From positions 1-64,000 of the forward strand of contig OX597826.1 in NCBI GenBank assembly GCA_951406725.2: DNA of 64,000 bases, written 5' to 3'. The translations under genes were made by a program, and so were the position numbers. Shown in pieces: positions 38,658 to 52,568 of this stretch. This stretch comes from Octopus vulgaris (Eukaryota). The notes beneath the pieces were generated by a model. The model was not told the DNA's origin. It did not search any database and saw nothing but the letters and a program-made list of their open reading frames with translations. How positions within the stretch are numbered: the stretch's first letter is position 1; each line of letters starts with the position of its first letter.

Positions 38658-40281
38658 TTTTCTCTAGTATCAGCTCAGAGCTGCGGTCATGCTGATGCAC
38701 CGCCGTTTTGTGCTACACTGTTATTGCGAAGAACCTCGTCTAATATGTGGCACTTGGTGAAGAATGGAATTTCATATAGCTACTCTCATTTGCACCTCTT
38801 GCCCTGAGGTAGGTTCATCTGAGACTCTCGACAGGAAGATGTCCAGCTTTGATTTAAAAACTGCTACATCTACTTTGTGCAAGTTCCTCAGACTCTTTGG
38901 GAGAATATTAAAAAGCTGTGGGCCCTTGAAACCCAGGCTGTTGCAGAAGCTGGTCCTGAAGCGTGATGGCATTGCTGGGATATTTGGCACTATGCAGTGT
39001 CGTCCCGTTCTAGCATTGGTGTAGCTTACAATGCCAAAATTTGGTACAATTCCTTCCAGGATCTTCCAAACATATATTACTGCATACCTCTCCCGTCTTC
39101 TCTCCAGGGAGTAGAGTCTTAGCTGTTTCAACCTTTCCCAGTTGCTGAGCTGTTGCAAAGAGAGGATCTTCTTTGTAAATCTTCTCTGGATTGCTTCAAG
39201 GTCCGCTGTTAATTTTACACTGGTGGGTGACCATAGTTGTGAGCAGTAATCCAGGCGGCTGAGGACGAATGTCCGCCAGAGGACCATCATGGTTTCCTTA
39301 TCTCTGGTTCTGAATGTTCTTAGGATCCACCCAGCCAGTCGTCTGCACTTTGTCGCTATCCGGCTAATGTGCACTTGGAAAGAGTTATCATCACTCATGT
39401 CGATACCCAGGTCCCTCACAGACTTAGGTTCTAGGATTGAAATTCCCTGTGGACCGATGTATCCTGTAAGTTTAATATTCAGTTTTGGATGCTGGTAGCG
39501 CAGGGCCTGGAATTTTTCAGCATTAAACTGCATATTATTATCCTCAGCCCATCTGTAGATTTAGTCCAACTCCTGCTGCAGGTGTGCAACATCGCTGGGG
39601 TTCTGTATTTTCTGCGAGACTTTCGTGTCGTCTGCATAGCTGGCCAGAGTGGCTATCCGGGCATTTGAGGGCATATCTGAGAGGGCCACTATAAAAAGCA
39701 GTGGTCCCAAGACAGTGCCCTGTGGAACATCGCTCACTATTTGTGTGTTCATAGAGGTGGCTCCATTAACCACTACTGCCTGACTCCTATCTTTCAGGAA
39801 GTCATGTAACCACACTCCAAGTTTTCCAGCTATGCCGAGATCACGCAGTTGGTGGCATATCATACCATTATCCACCTTGTCAGAAGCTTTTACAAAATCA
39901 AGGTAGATTACGTCCACATTTGATTTGTTGAGTAACTGCCTCAACACTCATCATAATGTTGTAAGAGCTGGGTCAGGCAGCTCCTACCTGGTCGAAAACC
40001 ATGCTGGGTATCACTCAGCAAGTTATTTTCCTCAAGGAATGCGATTAGTTTCTTTCTGACTATCCGTTCCATAACTTTGCTGATGTGTGAGGTCAGAGAG
40101 ATAGGCCTATAGTTTTGGGCATCTGCCCTACTTCCCCCTTTATGTATTGGGTATATTATTCCCTCCTTCAGCCTGCTTGGCAGTTTGCCATTCGCAAGAA
40201 AGCTCTGGAAGAGAATCTCGAGGGGTTTTGCCAGGGCATGCTTACACGCTTTGAGGAGGATGGCTGGGAAACCATCTGGAC

Positions 40282-40284
<3 letters not shown>
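38658..40284 (-). mobile_element. 5'-truncated CR1-clade LINE with stops
   Basis: GPDGFP, NYRPISLTSHISKVMER, QHGFR, YLDFVKA, VPQGTVLGPLLF, YADD and SLERRRER. Confidence 0.92.
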
Positions 40285-40352
<68 letters not shown>

Positions 40353-40353
40353 A

Positions 40354-40387
<34 letters not shown>

Positions 40388-40389
<2 letters not shown>

Positions 40390-41270
40390 CTAGCAGCATA
40401 GCCCGCCGTTGCCCCCTAGAACCCAAGTTGGGTTCGGACCACAGCTGAGCCCTACCTAATCCTAACTTAACGCATCTACAGCCCAACATTGCTCGGATTT
40501 GAAGCAAAAGGAAAACATATGCCATTTCTAGTAACCTTTATGATAAAAGCGGCATAAATCGACTAAATCGCCTGAAATCCGCCAACTATTTAACAAAAGT
40601 CAGTTTTGTAGGGTTCGCATGGTCGGTCTCAAAGTGATATGGTTTTGTTGATTTCTCCCAATACTTGTTAACTGCATTGACAAAAGGTCGTTAGTTTGAC
40701 ATTTAATGCAACGTCGGTGTAGGGAAAATCTATGTGAACTTTCAAAAAATATCGCAGAAAAATCGGTTTGCTATGTGTGCCACATATGATGTAATTAACC
40801 GATTTTTTCCAGTAATAACGTATCCTATTGGAATCAAAAGGGCCATATAGCTCCTTGGAGCAGACATGATGCTCGCTGTGAATTTCATAAAAAATTCCTG
40901 CCAATTTGTTAAAGATATTGTTGAAAATATGTCATCTTGAATTTGAACGCGATTTCCCAAAATGGCATGATTTTATCGATTTTTTCTGATTGCATGGAAA
41001 ACTTACGCCAGAATTAAGTTCCTTAGGGTAACATTAAGCTTCACCATGAGTTTGGTGAAAATCGATTGCAAGTTGCGAAAACTACAACGGAAAATGTGTT
41101 GCATATGAAAAGCTTAGATTCTTGACCCCATGTCGAATCTATCGATTTTTTCAGAACTGGGGGAACTTTTCAAAATTTTCGCTGTGTTAGTTTTGAATTA
41201 TGACATTGGGCTATGTGTGTGTCAAGTTTCATCAGAATCGGTTGAAAGCCGTGGTCAGGGTGTGGGTACG
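40388..41270 (+). mobile_element. Non-autonomous Helitron/Helentron-associated (HINE-like) element, truncated
   Basis: Starts TACTAGCAG...GCCCGCCGTTGC after (TA)n; shares ~140 bp (41123-41262) with 52085-52224. Confidence 0.5.
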
Positions 41271-41552
41271 CGTGGCTCCTTCGTGAAGTGTTTTCAACTA
41301 TAGCCTCGAGCCGACCAAAGACTTCTGAGTGGATTTGGGAGACGGAAACTGAAAGAAGTTCGTCGGATATATGAATATAGGCGCAGGAATGGCTGTGTGG
41401 TAAGTAGTTTGCTTACGAACCACATATTTTCGGGTTCATTCCCACTGCCTGGCATCATGTGCAATTGTCTTCTACTATAGCTCCGGACCGACCCAAACCT
41501 TGTGATTGGATTTGGTGGAAGGAAACTGAAATAACCCAGTCGTATATGTGTT

Positions 41553-41652
<100 letters not shown>

Positions 41653-42214
41653 TATGTCTGTGTTTGTCCCCAAGCATCGCTTTACAACTGATGCTAGTCT
41701 GTTTACGTCCCCGTGACTTAGAGTTTCAGCGAAAGAGACCGATAAATAATTACTATGCCTACAAAGAATAAGTCCTGGGGTCGATATGTTCGACTAAATG
41801 TGGTGCTGCAGCATGGCCACAGTCAAATTACTGAAACGAGTAAATGAGAGTAAAAGAGTATATAGCGACAAAAGTCTATGACCTGTTCACTAGGGAGATA
41901 GCTGAAAATATCTCCTAAGAGTTACTTCCCTAACATATAATACGTTTCATGCAATTTCTGTAATAGGTGTGTTTGTTTTTCGCTTGCGAAAGGGGACACG
42001 AGCATGCGCGCACGTACAGACACACATACACATGCAAGTAATCTGCTGGTACCTTTAACAAATAAACATTGACTAGCTCATCATTTACATTTCATTACGC
42101 CCCACAAATATATAAAGTAATGATATTATCTAGTACTACCCTTCGGACATAATCAAGTTTCTTTTTTGTTTTAGATAGTATATATGCGTGTGTGGGTATA
42201 TACACGTATATCTG

Positions 42215-42256
<42 letters not shown>

Positions 42257-42398
42257 CTGGAGCACCGCCTTTAGTCGAGCAGTACGTCCGCAGCACTTAT
42301 TCTTTGTAAGCCTAGTATTTATTCTTATTCTCTTTTCCCGAACCGCTAAAATACAGGGAGGAAAACACACCAGCATCGGTTGAAAATCAACAACTACA

Positions 42399-44414
42399 TC
42401 ATCATCATCATTGTTCACGGTCCATCATAGCATTACGGAGGTCCTGTTGCTGGATGCCTGTATCCCTGGAGATTACATCAGGGTAGGAGAGTGTGCGCCC
42501 TCTGGTGTTGCGAGTAGATGGCTTCCAGAGGAGAAGAGTAGAAATTACTTCTTTTTCAGCTCTACAACAATGTCCAGCAAACTGGACTCTCCTACCTTTC
42601 ACAAGAGATGACACAGGTGGTAATTTCCCATATATTTGCATTTTGGTTGGATGGCGCCTCCACGAGAGATTTTGAGCTCTCATAAGGAGGCGAGTGTAGG
42701 TTCCATCCAACCGCCTCTCAAGCTTCTTTGATAACGTCCAGGTTTCTGAGCCATATAGTAGGATTGGTTCAACTGTGGCTTTGAATATTTCAAGTTTGAA
42801 GTCTCTACTTAGATTTGATGACCAGATCTTATGCATGTCATTACAGGCTGACCAGGCCATACCCTTTCTAGTTAGAAAGTCTTTTGCAGATGATGATATG
42901 TATAACCCAAGATATTTATAATCAGAAACCATATTTAAAGGCGCACTGTTGAGAGTGTGGATGATGCAGTCACTGTTGGACAGGCACTTGTTTATGTATT
43001 CAGTTTTGGCCTCATTGAGGTAAAGACCTACACAATTTGAGGCTTGTTCAAGAGATTGTAAAAGAGACTGGGCATTGGAGAGAGAATCACTGATAAGAGC
43101 GATGTCGTCAACAAAGTCAGTGTCTGTCAAGTACTCAGCTGGGTGTCTGGAACTTCTTCTTGGTTTTATTTCAAAGCCCTTGCCAGAGATGGTATCAACT
43201 GACATACGTAGCACATAATCAACAACAATGATGAAAAGAAATGGGGCGAGTGTGTCTCCCTGCAGTATTCCGGCTTCGATTGAGAAAGATGATGTTTCTC
43301 CATCAGGGGTTAAGATGGCTGAAGACGTATCTGTGTAGAGGACCTTGATGGCAGAAATAATTTTGTCTGGTATCCCATAGAGCTTAAGGATTTCAAACAT
43401 CTTGCACCTATCTACAGAATCGAACGCTTTAGAAAAGTCTACAAATACCATTGCAAGATCGCGATTAAATGCTTTTGATTCTTCAATAAGTCTGCGCAGG
43501 CATAGTATCTGGCTCAGCGTTGAGCGCCCATGTCTGAATCCATTTTGGTTCTTTCGGAGCAAAGGTTCAACAAAAAGGACAAGACGATTTAGGATCAGTT
43601 TGTTGTACAGTTTTGCAGCAATTGACATTAAAGATATGCCCCTGTAGTTGGTGACGAGGGACAAATCGCCTTTTTTGGGTATTGGAATAATTTGAGATTG
43701 GTGCCAAATCTTTGGAGCGACAAAGGTGGAAAGTGTGTGGTTGCAGAGGTTGAGCAAAAGTGTGTGAAATCTATCATCCTTCCAAATCACAGCCGGAATG
43801 TTGTCGGGACCAAATGCTTTCGAGGCTTTTAGTTGCTTGGTGGCTGCTGTTAGTTCAAATATGGTAAAAGGGGAGGTGTTGATGTCCAGCGTGTCTGATA
43901 TAGGCACACTTGGGAGAGTGGGGTTATCAGGGATTTTGGCATTCTTCCCAAGGAGGTTTTTAAAATGGGTTGACCAATTTTCTAAACGCTTCTTAGCTGA
44001 TCCCCCTTTAATTCTAATTGATGACCCAGAATTTTTGCCTGATAGGTCTTTGATGGATTTCCAGGCGAGATGGTGCTTTTTACTAATGTGCTCTTTCGAT
44101 AGTTTACTAATTTTGCCATTGATAAATTCGACCTCGGCGTTCAAGTAAGCCTCATCAAGATTCTTCCTGGCAGCTATGAGTTGGATCTTCAGTGACTGGG
44201 ATGGAGAACGGTGGTAAGCTAGTAATATAGATGGTTTCTGGCTTCGATGACATTTGGGGAATTAGGTTTGCTCTGGCCCCTACTCTTCCTTTTGGGAAGA
44301 GTAGCCAATGCAACTTCCTCTGTTGATTTGATGAGGCTGCTGTATACTTCCTCAATGTTCTCAGCATCTATTTCAGAAGTAGACAGAGATTGAAATTCTG
44401 TAGACAGAGATTGA
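42399..44414 (-). mobile_element. 5'-truncated RTE-type LINE with (ATG)n tail
   Basis: 10-bp TSD AACAACTACA at 42389-42398 and 44415-44424; empty site visible at ~4700 and ~9336. Confidence 0.93.
42408..44144 (-). CDS. LINE reverse transcriptase ORF (578 aa uninterrupted; endonuclease region lost)
   Basis: GPDNIP, NYRGISL, QNGFR, FVDFSKAFDSV, GILQGDTLAPFLF, DFVDD, YKYLG and LLYGSETW. Confidence 0.88.
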   Translation of the reverse strand: MNAEVEFINGKISKLSKEHISKKHHLAWKSIKDLSGKNSGSSIRIKGGSAKKRLENWSTHFKNLLGKNAKIPDNPTLPSVPISDTLDINTSPFTIFELTAATKQLKASKAFGPDNIPAVIWKDDRFHTLLLNLCNHTLSTFVAPKIWHQSQIIPIPKKGDLSLVTNYRGISLMSIAAKLYNKLILNRLVLFVEPLLRKNQNGFRHGRSTLSQILCLRRLIEESKAFNRDLAMVFVDFSKAFDSVDRCKMFEILKLYGIPDKIISAIKVLYTDTSSAILTPDGETSSFSIEAGILQGDTLAPFLFIIVVDYVLRMSVDTISGKGFEIKPRRSSRHPAEYLTDTDFVDDIALISDSLSNAQSLLQSLEQASNCVGLYLNEAKTEYINKCLSNSDCIIHTLNSAPLNMVSDYKYLGLYISSSAKDFLTRKGMAWSACNDMHKIWSSNLSRDFKLEIFKATVEPILLYGSETWTLSKKLERRLDGTYTRLLMRAQNLSWRRHPTKMQIYGKLPPVSSLVKGRRVQFAGHCCRAEKEVISTLLLWKPSTRNTRGRTLSYPDVISRDTGIQQQDLRNAMMDREQ

Positions 44415-45921
44415 AACAACTACAGTCAATCGAAGATAATGACCAAACTGTCTACTCTTATCCACCAGTTCCAACAAGATTTAACAAAAAAGGAGACAAA
44501 TTACTTGAGTAGGTTTGACTGCAAAGCCAGTAACGTCTGTGGACTTCCCAAAATATACAAAAGTTAGGCCATAAACGAAACCTGTAACAAGTTAACTTCT
44601 ATAGTCATAAATATTCCACACCCGAGAGATCTCCGAATGAGACCAATTATGACCGATCCAGTATGTAGATACGGGGGGCATTGGGTACTTAGCACTCGCA
44701 GCTAGAATATCAGCCCTCTCCACGCCAGTATGAGAATTTGTTTTATCCACTTGTGAAATTAATGCATTGTCGCCATATGAGAAAAATATGAGCAACTTCT
44801 GAAGTCACTAAAAGTGCAATAAATTGAACTTCTTTTGATTTAGTAGTTAGTGATCTGCAAATGTGGGTATCTTAGAAATGGTTAAAGTGTTTGTTGTAGT
44901 TGTAATTGTCGCACACACACAAACGAATAAAAACACACAGTCACTCACACACACGCAAACACAGAAATGAAAACATTCTCACACACACACACAAACACTG
45001 AAATGAAAATACCCACACACTCACACACACACACATAAATGAAAACAGTCCCCCACACACAAATACTGAAAAAAATACTCACACACAGACACACACTCAC
45101 ATACGCACAAACACACACACACACACACACGCACACATAGAAATGATAATACACAGCTACACATCCAAACACTCACACACTCACACACTCACACACACGG
45201 ACAAACACAGAAATGAACAAACAGTTACACACCCATACACGCACACACTCGAACACACAGAAATGAAAACACTCACTCACACACACGCACAAATACACAA
45301 ACACAGGAATGAAAATAGTCACACACACACACACACACATGCACAAACACACACACACATACATAGAAATGAAAATACACAGTTACACATCCAAACACTC
45401 ACACACTCACACGCGCACAAACACACACACAGAAATGAAAATAGTCACACACACTCACACACAAGCGTACGCACCCACACACAGAAATGAAAACATAGTT
45501 ACACACTCACACACACACCTAGAAATCAAAACACACATTTACACACGCCCTCACTCACACACACATACACACGCGCACGCAAAAACATTGAACTGGAAAG
45601 ACTCTGTCACACGTGCGCGCTCCCACACAGACACATAAATGAAAGCACACACACACATTGGCTGACCTGCACACACATACAATTTCTTCAGAATGTCACG
45701 GTTTTATGGTCAACATATTTAAAGCATAACTACCTTCAAGTGTGCATCTTTGCATGCATCTGTGTGCATGTTCGGACGTATGTGTGTTTGTGCATGGGTG
45801 AGCACAGCCCACACATATGCCCCGCTAACTTTACGGTTCGACAAAAGAGAAAAGGTTAGAATAAGTACAAGGCTTCGAAAGAATAAGTCCTGGGGTACGT
45901 TATGTTTGTCTAAAGGCTGTG

Positions 45922-45965
<44 letters not shown>

Positions 45966-46018
45966 TCATACATACAAATATATATATATATGCATACATA
46001 CATATATGCATAAATATA

Positions 46019-46086
<68 letters not shown>

Positions 46087-46231
46087 CATATATATATACA
46101 TACATATACATACATAGATATATTTATATATACATACATACGTATATACGTGTATTTACCCACACACGCATATATCCTATATATATATATATGCTTACAT
46201 TCATATAAACATAGTTATATGCATGTATATA

Positions 46232-47522
46232 CGAGGGGCGTTCAATAAGTAATGCCCCTGGCCCACTTCCCATAGCAGTAGAGCAACGAAACTTGGCACA
46301 GTTATTAGTCTTTTTCTACATAGGAACCACCCAGAGTTACGCATTTCTTCCATCGTTTGATGCAGCTCTGAAGACCATTTTTGTAGAAGACCCCAGCTTT
46401 GTCCTCCAACCACGACGTGACTTCAGAAATCAAGGCTGCATCATCTGGGAAACGCTTTCCTTTCAAAAACAACTTCATGGCTGGGAAGAGGTGAAAATCA
46501 GAGGGTGCAAGGTCAGGAGAGTAGGGAGAATGGGGGATGAGTTCATAGCCGCACGCCTGTACTTCTGATCTGGCGACACACGAGTTGTGGACCGGAGCGT
46601 TGTCCTGCAGGAGGAGGATGCCTTTGCTGATCTTGCCCCGCCTCTTGATTTTGATAGCTTCTCTTAATTTCCTCAAAAGTGAAGCATAATAGACTCCTGT
46701 AATTGTGGTACCCTTTGCCAGGAAATCTGTCATCACTACTCCGTCCTGGTCCCAGAAGACTGTGAGCCTGACCTTGTCAGCGGAGGGCTGCACCCTTGCC
46801 TTCTTTGGAGGAGGTGAGTCACGGTGCTTCCACTGCATTGACTGGGCTTTGGACTCTGGATCATAGTGATGAACCCAGGTTTCATCCTGTGTAATCAGTC
46901 TTTTGAAAAATTTTGACTCATCTTCTTGGCACATCTCCAAATTCACCCTCGAGCAATCGACACGTTCTTGCTTCTGGAAAGGTGTGAGCAACCTGGGAAT
47001 CCATCTGGCAGACACCTTTTTCATATGCAAATGGTCATGAATGATAGTTTCCATAGACCCGGTACTAATCTTGACCTGATGGGCTATTTGGCGAATAGTT
47101 ATGCGTCGATCTTCCAAAATGGCAGCCTCAACTTGACAGACAGATGCCTCATCAATGGCAGAAGGCGGCGACCAGATCTGGGAGCTGTTTCCACAGAGTT
47201 CCGACCATGTTTGAATTCACGATGCCAGCGTTTTACAAGGTCATATGATGGGGCATCATCACCATAAGTTACTTTCATTTCATCAAAAGTCTCCTGTGGT
47301 GTGCGTCCTTTCAAATACAAAAACCGAATCACTGCTCGGCACTCAACAGGCTCCATTTCACACTTGACTCGGTTCAAACACCTGTAAATCAGAAAACACA
47401 ATTAGTTCAGAGCTGTAATTTGCCACTTAATCTATAGAGATATAAATAATTGCACAGGCAAAATTTTAGCTAGATCAAACAACTGCAAGTGGGTCAGAGG
47501 TATTACTTATTGAACGCCCCTC

Positions 47523-47523
<1 letters not shown>
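46232..47523 (-). mobile_element. Full-length mariner transposon (1292 bp)
   Basis: TIRs CGAGGGGCGTTCAATAAGTAAT with TA target on both sides. Confidence 0.96.
46305..47356 (-). pseudogene. mariner DD34D transposase with one frameshift near 47160
   Basis: MEPVECRAVIRF HTH region; WIPRLL, TQDETW, QDNAPVH and YSPDLAPSDFHLF. Confidence 0.92.
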
Positions 47524-47587
<64 letters not shown>

Positions 47588-47600
47588 GATATATACATAC

Positions 47601-47651
<51 letters not shown>

Positions 47652-47670
47652 GATATATACATACATATAT

Positions 47671-47717
<47 letters not shown>

Positions 47718-47736
47718 GATATATACATACATATAT

Positions 47737-47794
<58 letters not shown>

Positions 47795-47796
<2 letters not shown>

Positions 47797-50700
47797 CTTA
47801 GAATAACTTAGAAAGGTTTTGGCCAGTATTGGCCCAGGCCATGTCTAACTTAATAGCACCAACTGGCGAAGTCTTTCAATTCAGGATTTGGGCACCGAGG
47901 CCTATTCGAGCAGAGAGTTATTGTTTACGGAGACATATCCGGGTGTGGGTGGTTTGTCCGGGACTGTTTGAAGGAGTTTGTCCAAAGACTTCTTGAATTT
48001 TGTGTGGTCAGTTTCTGTTTTGACGTGTCCTGGTGTAATGTTGAAGAGAGCGGGTCCAATTGAGGTGAAATAATTGTGCCGTATTGTCGTTATGTGATGC
48101 GATTTAGATTTTTGTTGTGGACGGATGGCACGTGGTCCAAGCCTTGGATGTATTTTGAAGGTGATGCCAACATCATTCGGACAGTGCTGATGGAATATTT
48201 TCCACATCATACAGATAATGTAGCGTTCACGGCGTCGTTGGAGTGAATACAGTTTGAGTTTCTGTAGTCTACCCCAGTAGTCAAGGTCTGACATGCCATC
48301 TATCTTTTTTGTGATTGACCTTTGGGGAGCTTCAATTCTCATAATATTTTGTTTTGTGCAGGGAGACCACAGTGGACAGCAGTATTCAAGGTGGGGTCGG
48401 GCAAAAGTGGAGAAAAGAAGGATAATGGTGTGAGAATCTCTCGACTGGAAGGTTCTGAGAATCCAGGAACACATTCTGCGGGCCATATCAACTTTGCTGC
48501 TTATATGTGTAGCCCAGCTTATGTTGTTGTCCACTGTTACTCCCAAGTCTCCGATGTTGTTAGACGCCATGAGTATTTCTCCAGAAGGAAGATAGTATGG
48601 GAGTTTCAGAGCGTCCTCCCTTCCAAAGTGGATCAGTTCGAATTTGTCTTCATTTAGCAACATGTTGTTCTTTTCTGCCCATTGGACAACAGCCAGTAAG
48701 TCTGACTGAAGGCTTTTTCGGTCATCCACGCCATTGATAACCTTCTGGAGCTTGGAATCATCAGCGAAGGTTCTGATGTTACTGTGTTTGATGGTGTCAG
48801 TAATATCAATAATGTAGATGATGAAGAGAAGTGGGCCCAACACAGTGCCTTGTGGGACACCACTGCTGACTTTGGCTGGGCTGGATTTGACTCCTTCGAC
48901 TACAACAGGTTGGGTTCTGTTAGACAGGAAGCACTTGATCCACTGCAGCAGCTTTCCAGTGACACCAATATTGAACAGCTTTCTCAAAAGGATCTTATGA
49001 TCAACCCTGTCAAAGGCCTTGCTGAAATCAAGGTAGATGACATCAGTGTTGGAACCCTCTCCCAAGGCTCTCAAAATGTCATCAAAATGATGCAGTAGCT
49101 GCGTCAGGCAATCTCTTCTATTACGGAATCCATGCTGGTTGGAGTTCAGCATATTATGACTCTCGAGGAAGTGAGTCATACGCGATCTCAGCACTCTCTC
49201 AAATACCTTAATGATATGAGAGGTGGGTGAGATTGGACGGTAATTCACGGCAAGCGATTTGTTTCCTTTTTTGAAAACTGGGACAACAGGCTGGGATAGA
49301 AGGTCTTCTGGTATATATCCAGCATCCAGTGAGTTCCGCCACAGATTGGCTAGAGGGGGTGCAAGTTGGTGTTGACACATCTTCAAGACACAAGCAGGGA
49401 ACCTATCGTGACCTACTGCTGAATTATGCTCCATTTCTTTTATTGCTGCTAAGACATCAGGAGCGCCAAAGGTTATGTCCGATAAAGTGCATTAAGGAGT
49501 AACATCACTGATACAGCCCAGATCAGTCATATCAGGATTGCTGAAAACAGAGCAATATTGTTTCTGCAATATCTCTCCCATGGTTTTGGCATTGTCTTGA
49601 AGAGTACCATTTTCATCAATCAGAGGGCCAACAGTAGAACCAGTGACTCTGTGTTTTTTTGCAAATGAAAAGAACACTTTGGGATTGAGTTTGATCTTCT
49701 CAATGGCCCAGACCTCTTCAGCGCTTCTCTGACTATTGATGATAGATATGTTGTTTTGGAGTTTATGTTTTTTAATCTCTAGTGACGAGATGGCAGTCAG
49801 GTTGGTGTGTTGCTGTTGACAGTATCTCAGCTTGTTGATTTTTTTTGTTAATTCTTTTAATTTTCCTGATGAGAGATTTTCTATTTCTAGGGATTCGACA
49901 CTTAGATTTGTTTGCAGATCTTAATGGGGTGTGTTTTGCACATATTACTCTTTTACTCTTTTACTTGTTTCAGTCATTGGAGCACCACCTTTAGTCGAGT
50001 AAATCGACCCCGGGACTTATTCTTTGTAAGTCCAGTACTTATTCTATCGGTCTCCTTTGCTGAACCGCTAAGTGACGGAGACGCAAACACACTAGCATCG
50101 GTTGTCAAGCAATGCTAGGGGGACAAACACAGTCACACAAACACATACACACACACACATATATATATACATATATACGACAGGCTTCTTTCAGTTTCCG
50201 TCTACCAAATCCACTCACAAGGCATTGGTCGGCCCGGGGCTATAGCAGAAGACACTTGCCCAAGATGCCACGCAGTGGGACTGAACCCGGAACCATGTGG
50301 TTGGTTAGCAAGCTACTAACCACACAGCCACTCCTGCGCCTTGTTCGTAATGGTGTCTACAAATGACTGCTAGGACTTTTTGATGTTAGTGAGTGTGTAT
50401 GTGTGCGTGAAGGACCAATCGACTTGTACAAGATCATTATTGATCGCTTCCCAGTTTGCATTGTGGAAATCCATAGTGTCAAATGGATGAACAGGAGGGA
50501 TGACATTTGTTTTGCATTTTGGCCGGTGAAATCTCAGATCACAGAGAACCATGTCATGATCAGAGAGTAGAGTTTTCTCCACTGCAATATTGTGGATAGT
50601 ATCAGTGTGATTGCAGTATCCATTGGAAAATATGTTCATAGCTTCTGTTGAGAATGAATCATGAACATAAATGGCAGTCCCACCCTTTCTTCTGCCAGCA

Positions 50701-50845
50701 CGATCAGCACGAATGGCTTTGAAATTTTTAACTTTCACCTCGGCTTCCAAGTGGAGGTTACTAAGATGGGTTTCAGTGAGGACGAAGAAAGGGATGTGGT
50801 TTGGATGGGCATCGACCCAGTCCTCCAGGAATTTTATCTTCCATT
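47795..50845 (-). mobile_element. CR1-clade LINE (endonuclease fragments plus RT) interrupted by a SINE
   Basis: ORF 47902-49434 (510 aa, RT motifs) plus EN relics 50370-50820 (LTSTW, RADR...GGTAIYV, SDHDMV); related to the 2040-3800 element. Confidence 0.92.
49945..50340 (-). mobile_element. tRNA-derived SINE nested in the CR1
   Basis: Closely matches the 36541-36961 copy. Confidence 0.9.
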
Positions 50846-50857
50846 TTTGAGTATATA

Positions 50858-50896
<39 letters not shown>

Positions 50897-50956
50897 ATAT
50901 ATATATAGGTATATACCTACAGATATATATATAATTATAAATTTATGAATATATAT

Positions 50957-51009
<53 letters not shown>

Positions 51010-51604
51010 CAGAAATACATGCATTCATACATATACACGTGTATATACCCACATACGCATATATACTATCTAAAACAAAATAAAAACCCGATCATGTCCA
51101 AAGGGTAGTACTAGATATGGTGAGTACTTTACATAGTTTTCGGGTGTAATTAAATGTAAATTATAATGTTTATTTGTTAAAGTTAACAACAGAAAATTTG
51201 CATGTGTATGTTTGTATCTTCCTGCGCGAATGCAAATGTGCCCTTCGCATGGGAAATATAAACGCATCTACATCTTAAACTGTCATGTCTTTTATTAATA
51301 TGTCAAGGGAAGTAACTCTAAAAGTTGATTTTCAGTTATCTCCCTTATTGATGTAGTTCAGAGAATATAAACTTTTCTGGTTATTTTCTATTTTACACAC
51401 TTAATTTTTCAATTATTTGACTGCGGCCATGGTGGAGCAATGCCTTTATTCGTGCAAATCGACCCCAGGACTTATACTTTGTAGGCCTAGTATTTAAACT
51501 ATCGGTCCCTTTTCCCGAACCGCTAAGTTCGGGGAATTGTACACACCAGCACCCGTTGTCCAACGATGTTCGAGAAATAAACAGACATTACAAACACACA
51601 CACT

Positions 51605-51678
<74 letters not shown>

Positions 51679-51864
51679 TATATTCCATGCCGCAGCAGCG
51701 CCTTTATTCGAGAAATTCGAACCCAATACTTATTTTTTGTATGCCTAGTATTTAATCTATTTTCTCTTTTGACGAAACGCTAAGTTACGGGGACATGAAC
51801 ACACCAGCATCGGTTGTCAAGCGGTGTTGGAGGGATAAACAGACATACAAACGTGTATATATAT

Positions 51865-51904
<40 letters not shown>

Positions 51905-51907
<3 letters not shown>

Positions 51908-52290
51908 CAGTATCGCCCGGCGTTGCTCAGGTTTGTAAGGGAAATAACTATAAAGCATTTTTAGAGAGTTATAGCCAAAAGATAGCAAAAAAATGGAAAA
52001 AAATGATGGTAAATGTTTTTTTGAGATTTAAAAAAGGTGGAGTTGCGTTCCCTAGACAGTTTGTGGTTTGTGTTTCTCATTGTCGACCCCATGTCGAATT
52101 TATCGATTTTTTTCAGAACTGGGGGAACTTTTCAAAATTTTCGCTGCGTTAGTTTTGAATTATGACATTGGGCTATGTGTGTGTCAAGTTTCATCAGAAT
52201 CGGTTGAAAGCCGTGGTCAGGGTGAGGTACAACCTGACAGACACACAGAAACACGCACAGACAAACTGCCGTTTATATATAGAGAGAGAT
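51905..52290 (+). mobile_element. HINE-like non-autonomous element
   Basis: 5' TAGCAGTATCGCCCGGCGTTGCTC, ACAG-repeat region and 3' AAACTGCCGTTTATATATAGAG; homologous to 40388-41270. Confidence 0.55.
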
Positions 52291-52520
52291 ACATAGCCCT
52301 ACACACACACACACACACACACATATATGTATATATATGTTTGTGTGAATGTGTGTGTGTGTGTGTGTATGTTCCGCCTATCAATTCCACTCACAAGGAT
52401 TGGACGGCACGAGTCTATAGTAGAAGACACTAGCCCAAGATGCCATGCAGTGGGACTGAACCAAGAACACTGCGTTTCGTAGGGAAGCTACTTATCACAC
52501 AGCCATTCCTAATCCTATCA

Positions 52521-52568
<48 letters not shown>

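Noticed and set aside
45719-47806. Numerous YI/HT/CV-rich ORFs here and throughout the window
   Set aside because: Translations of (TA)n, (CA)n and (TG)n microsatellites
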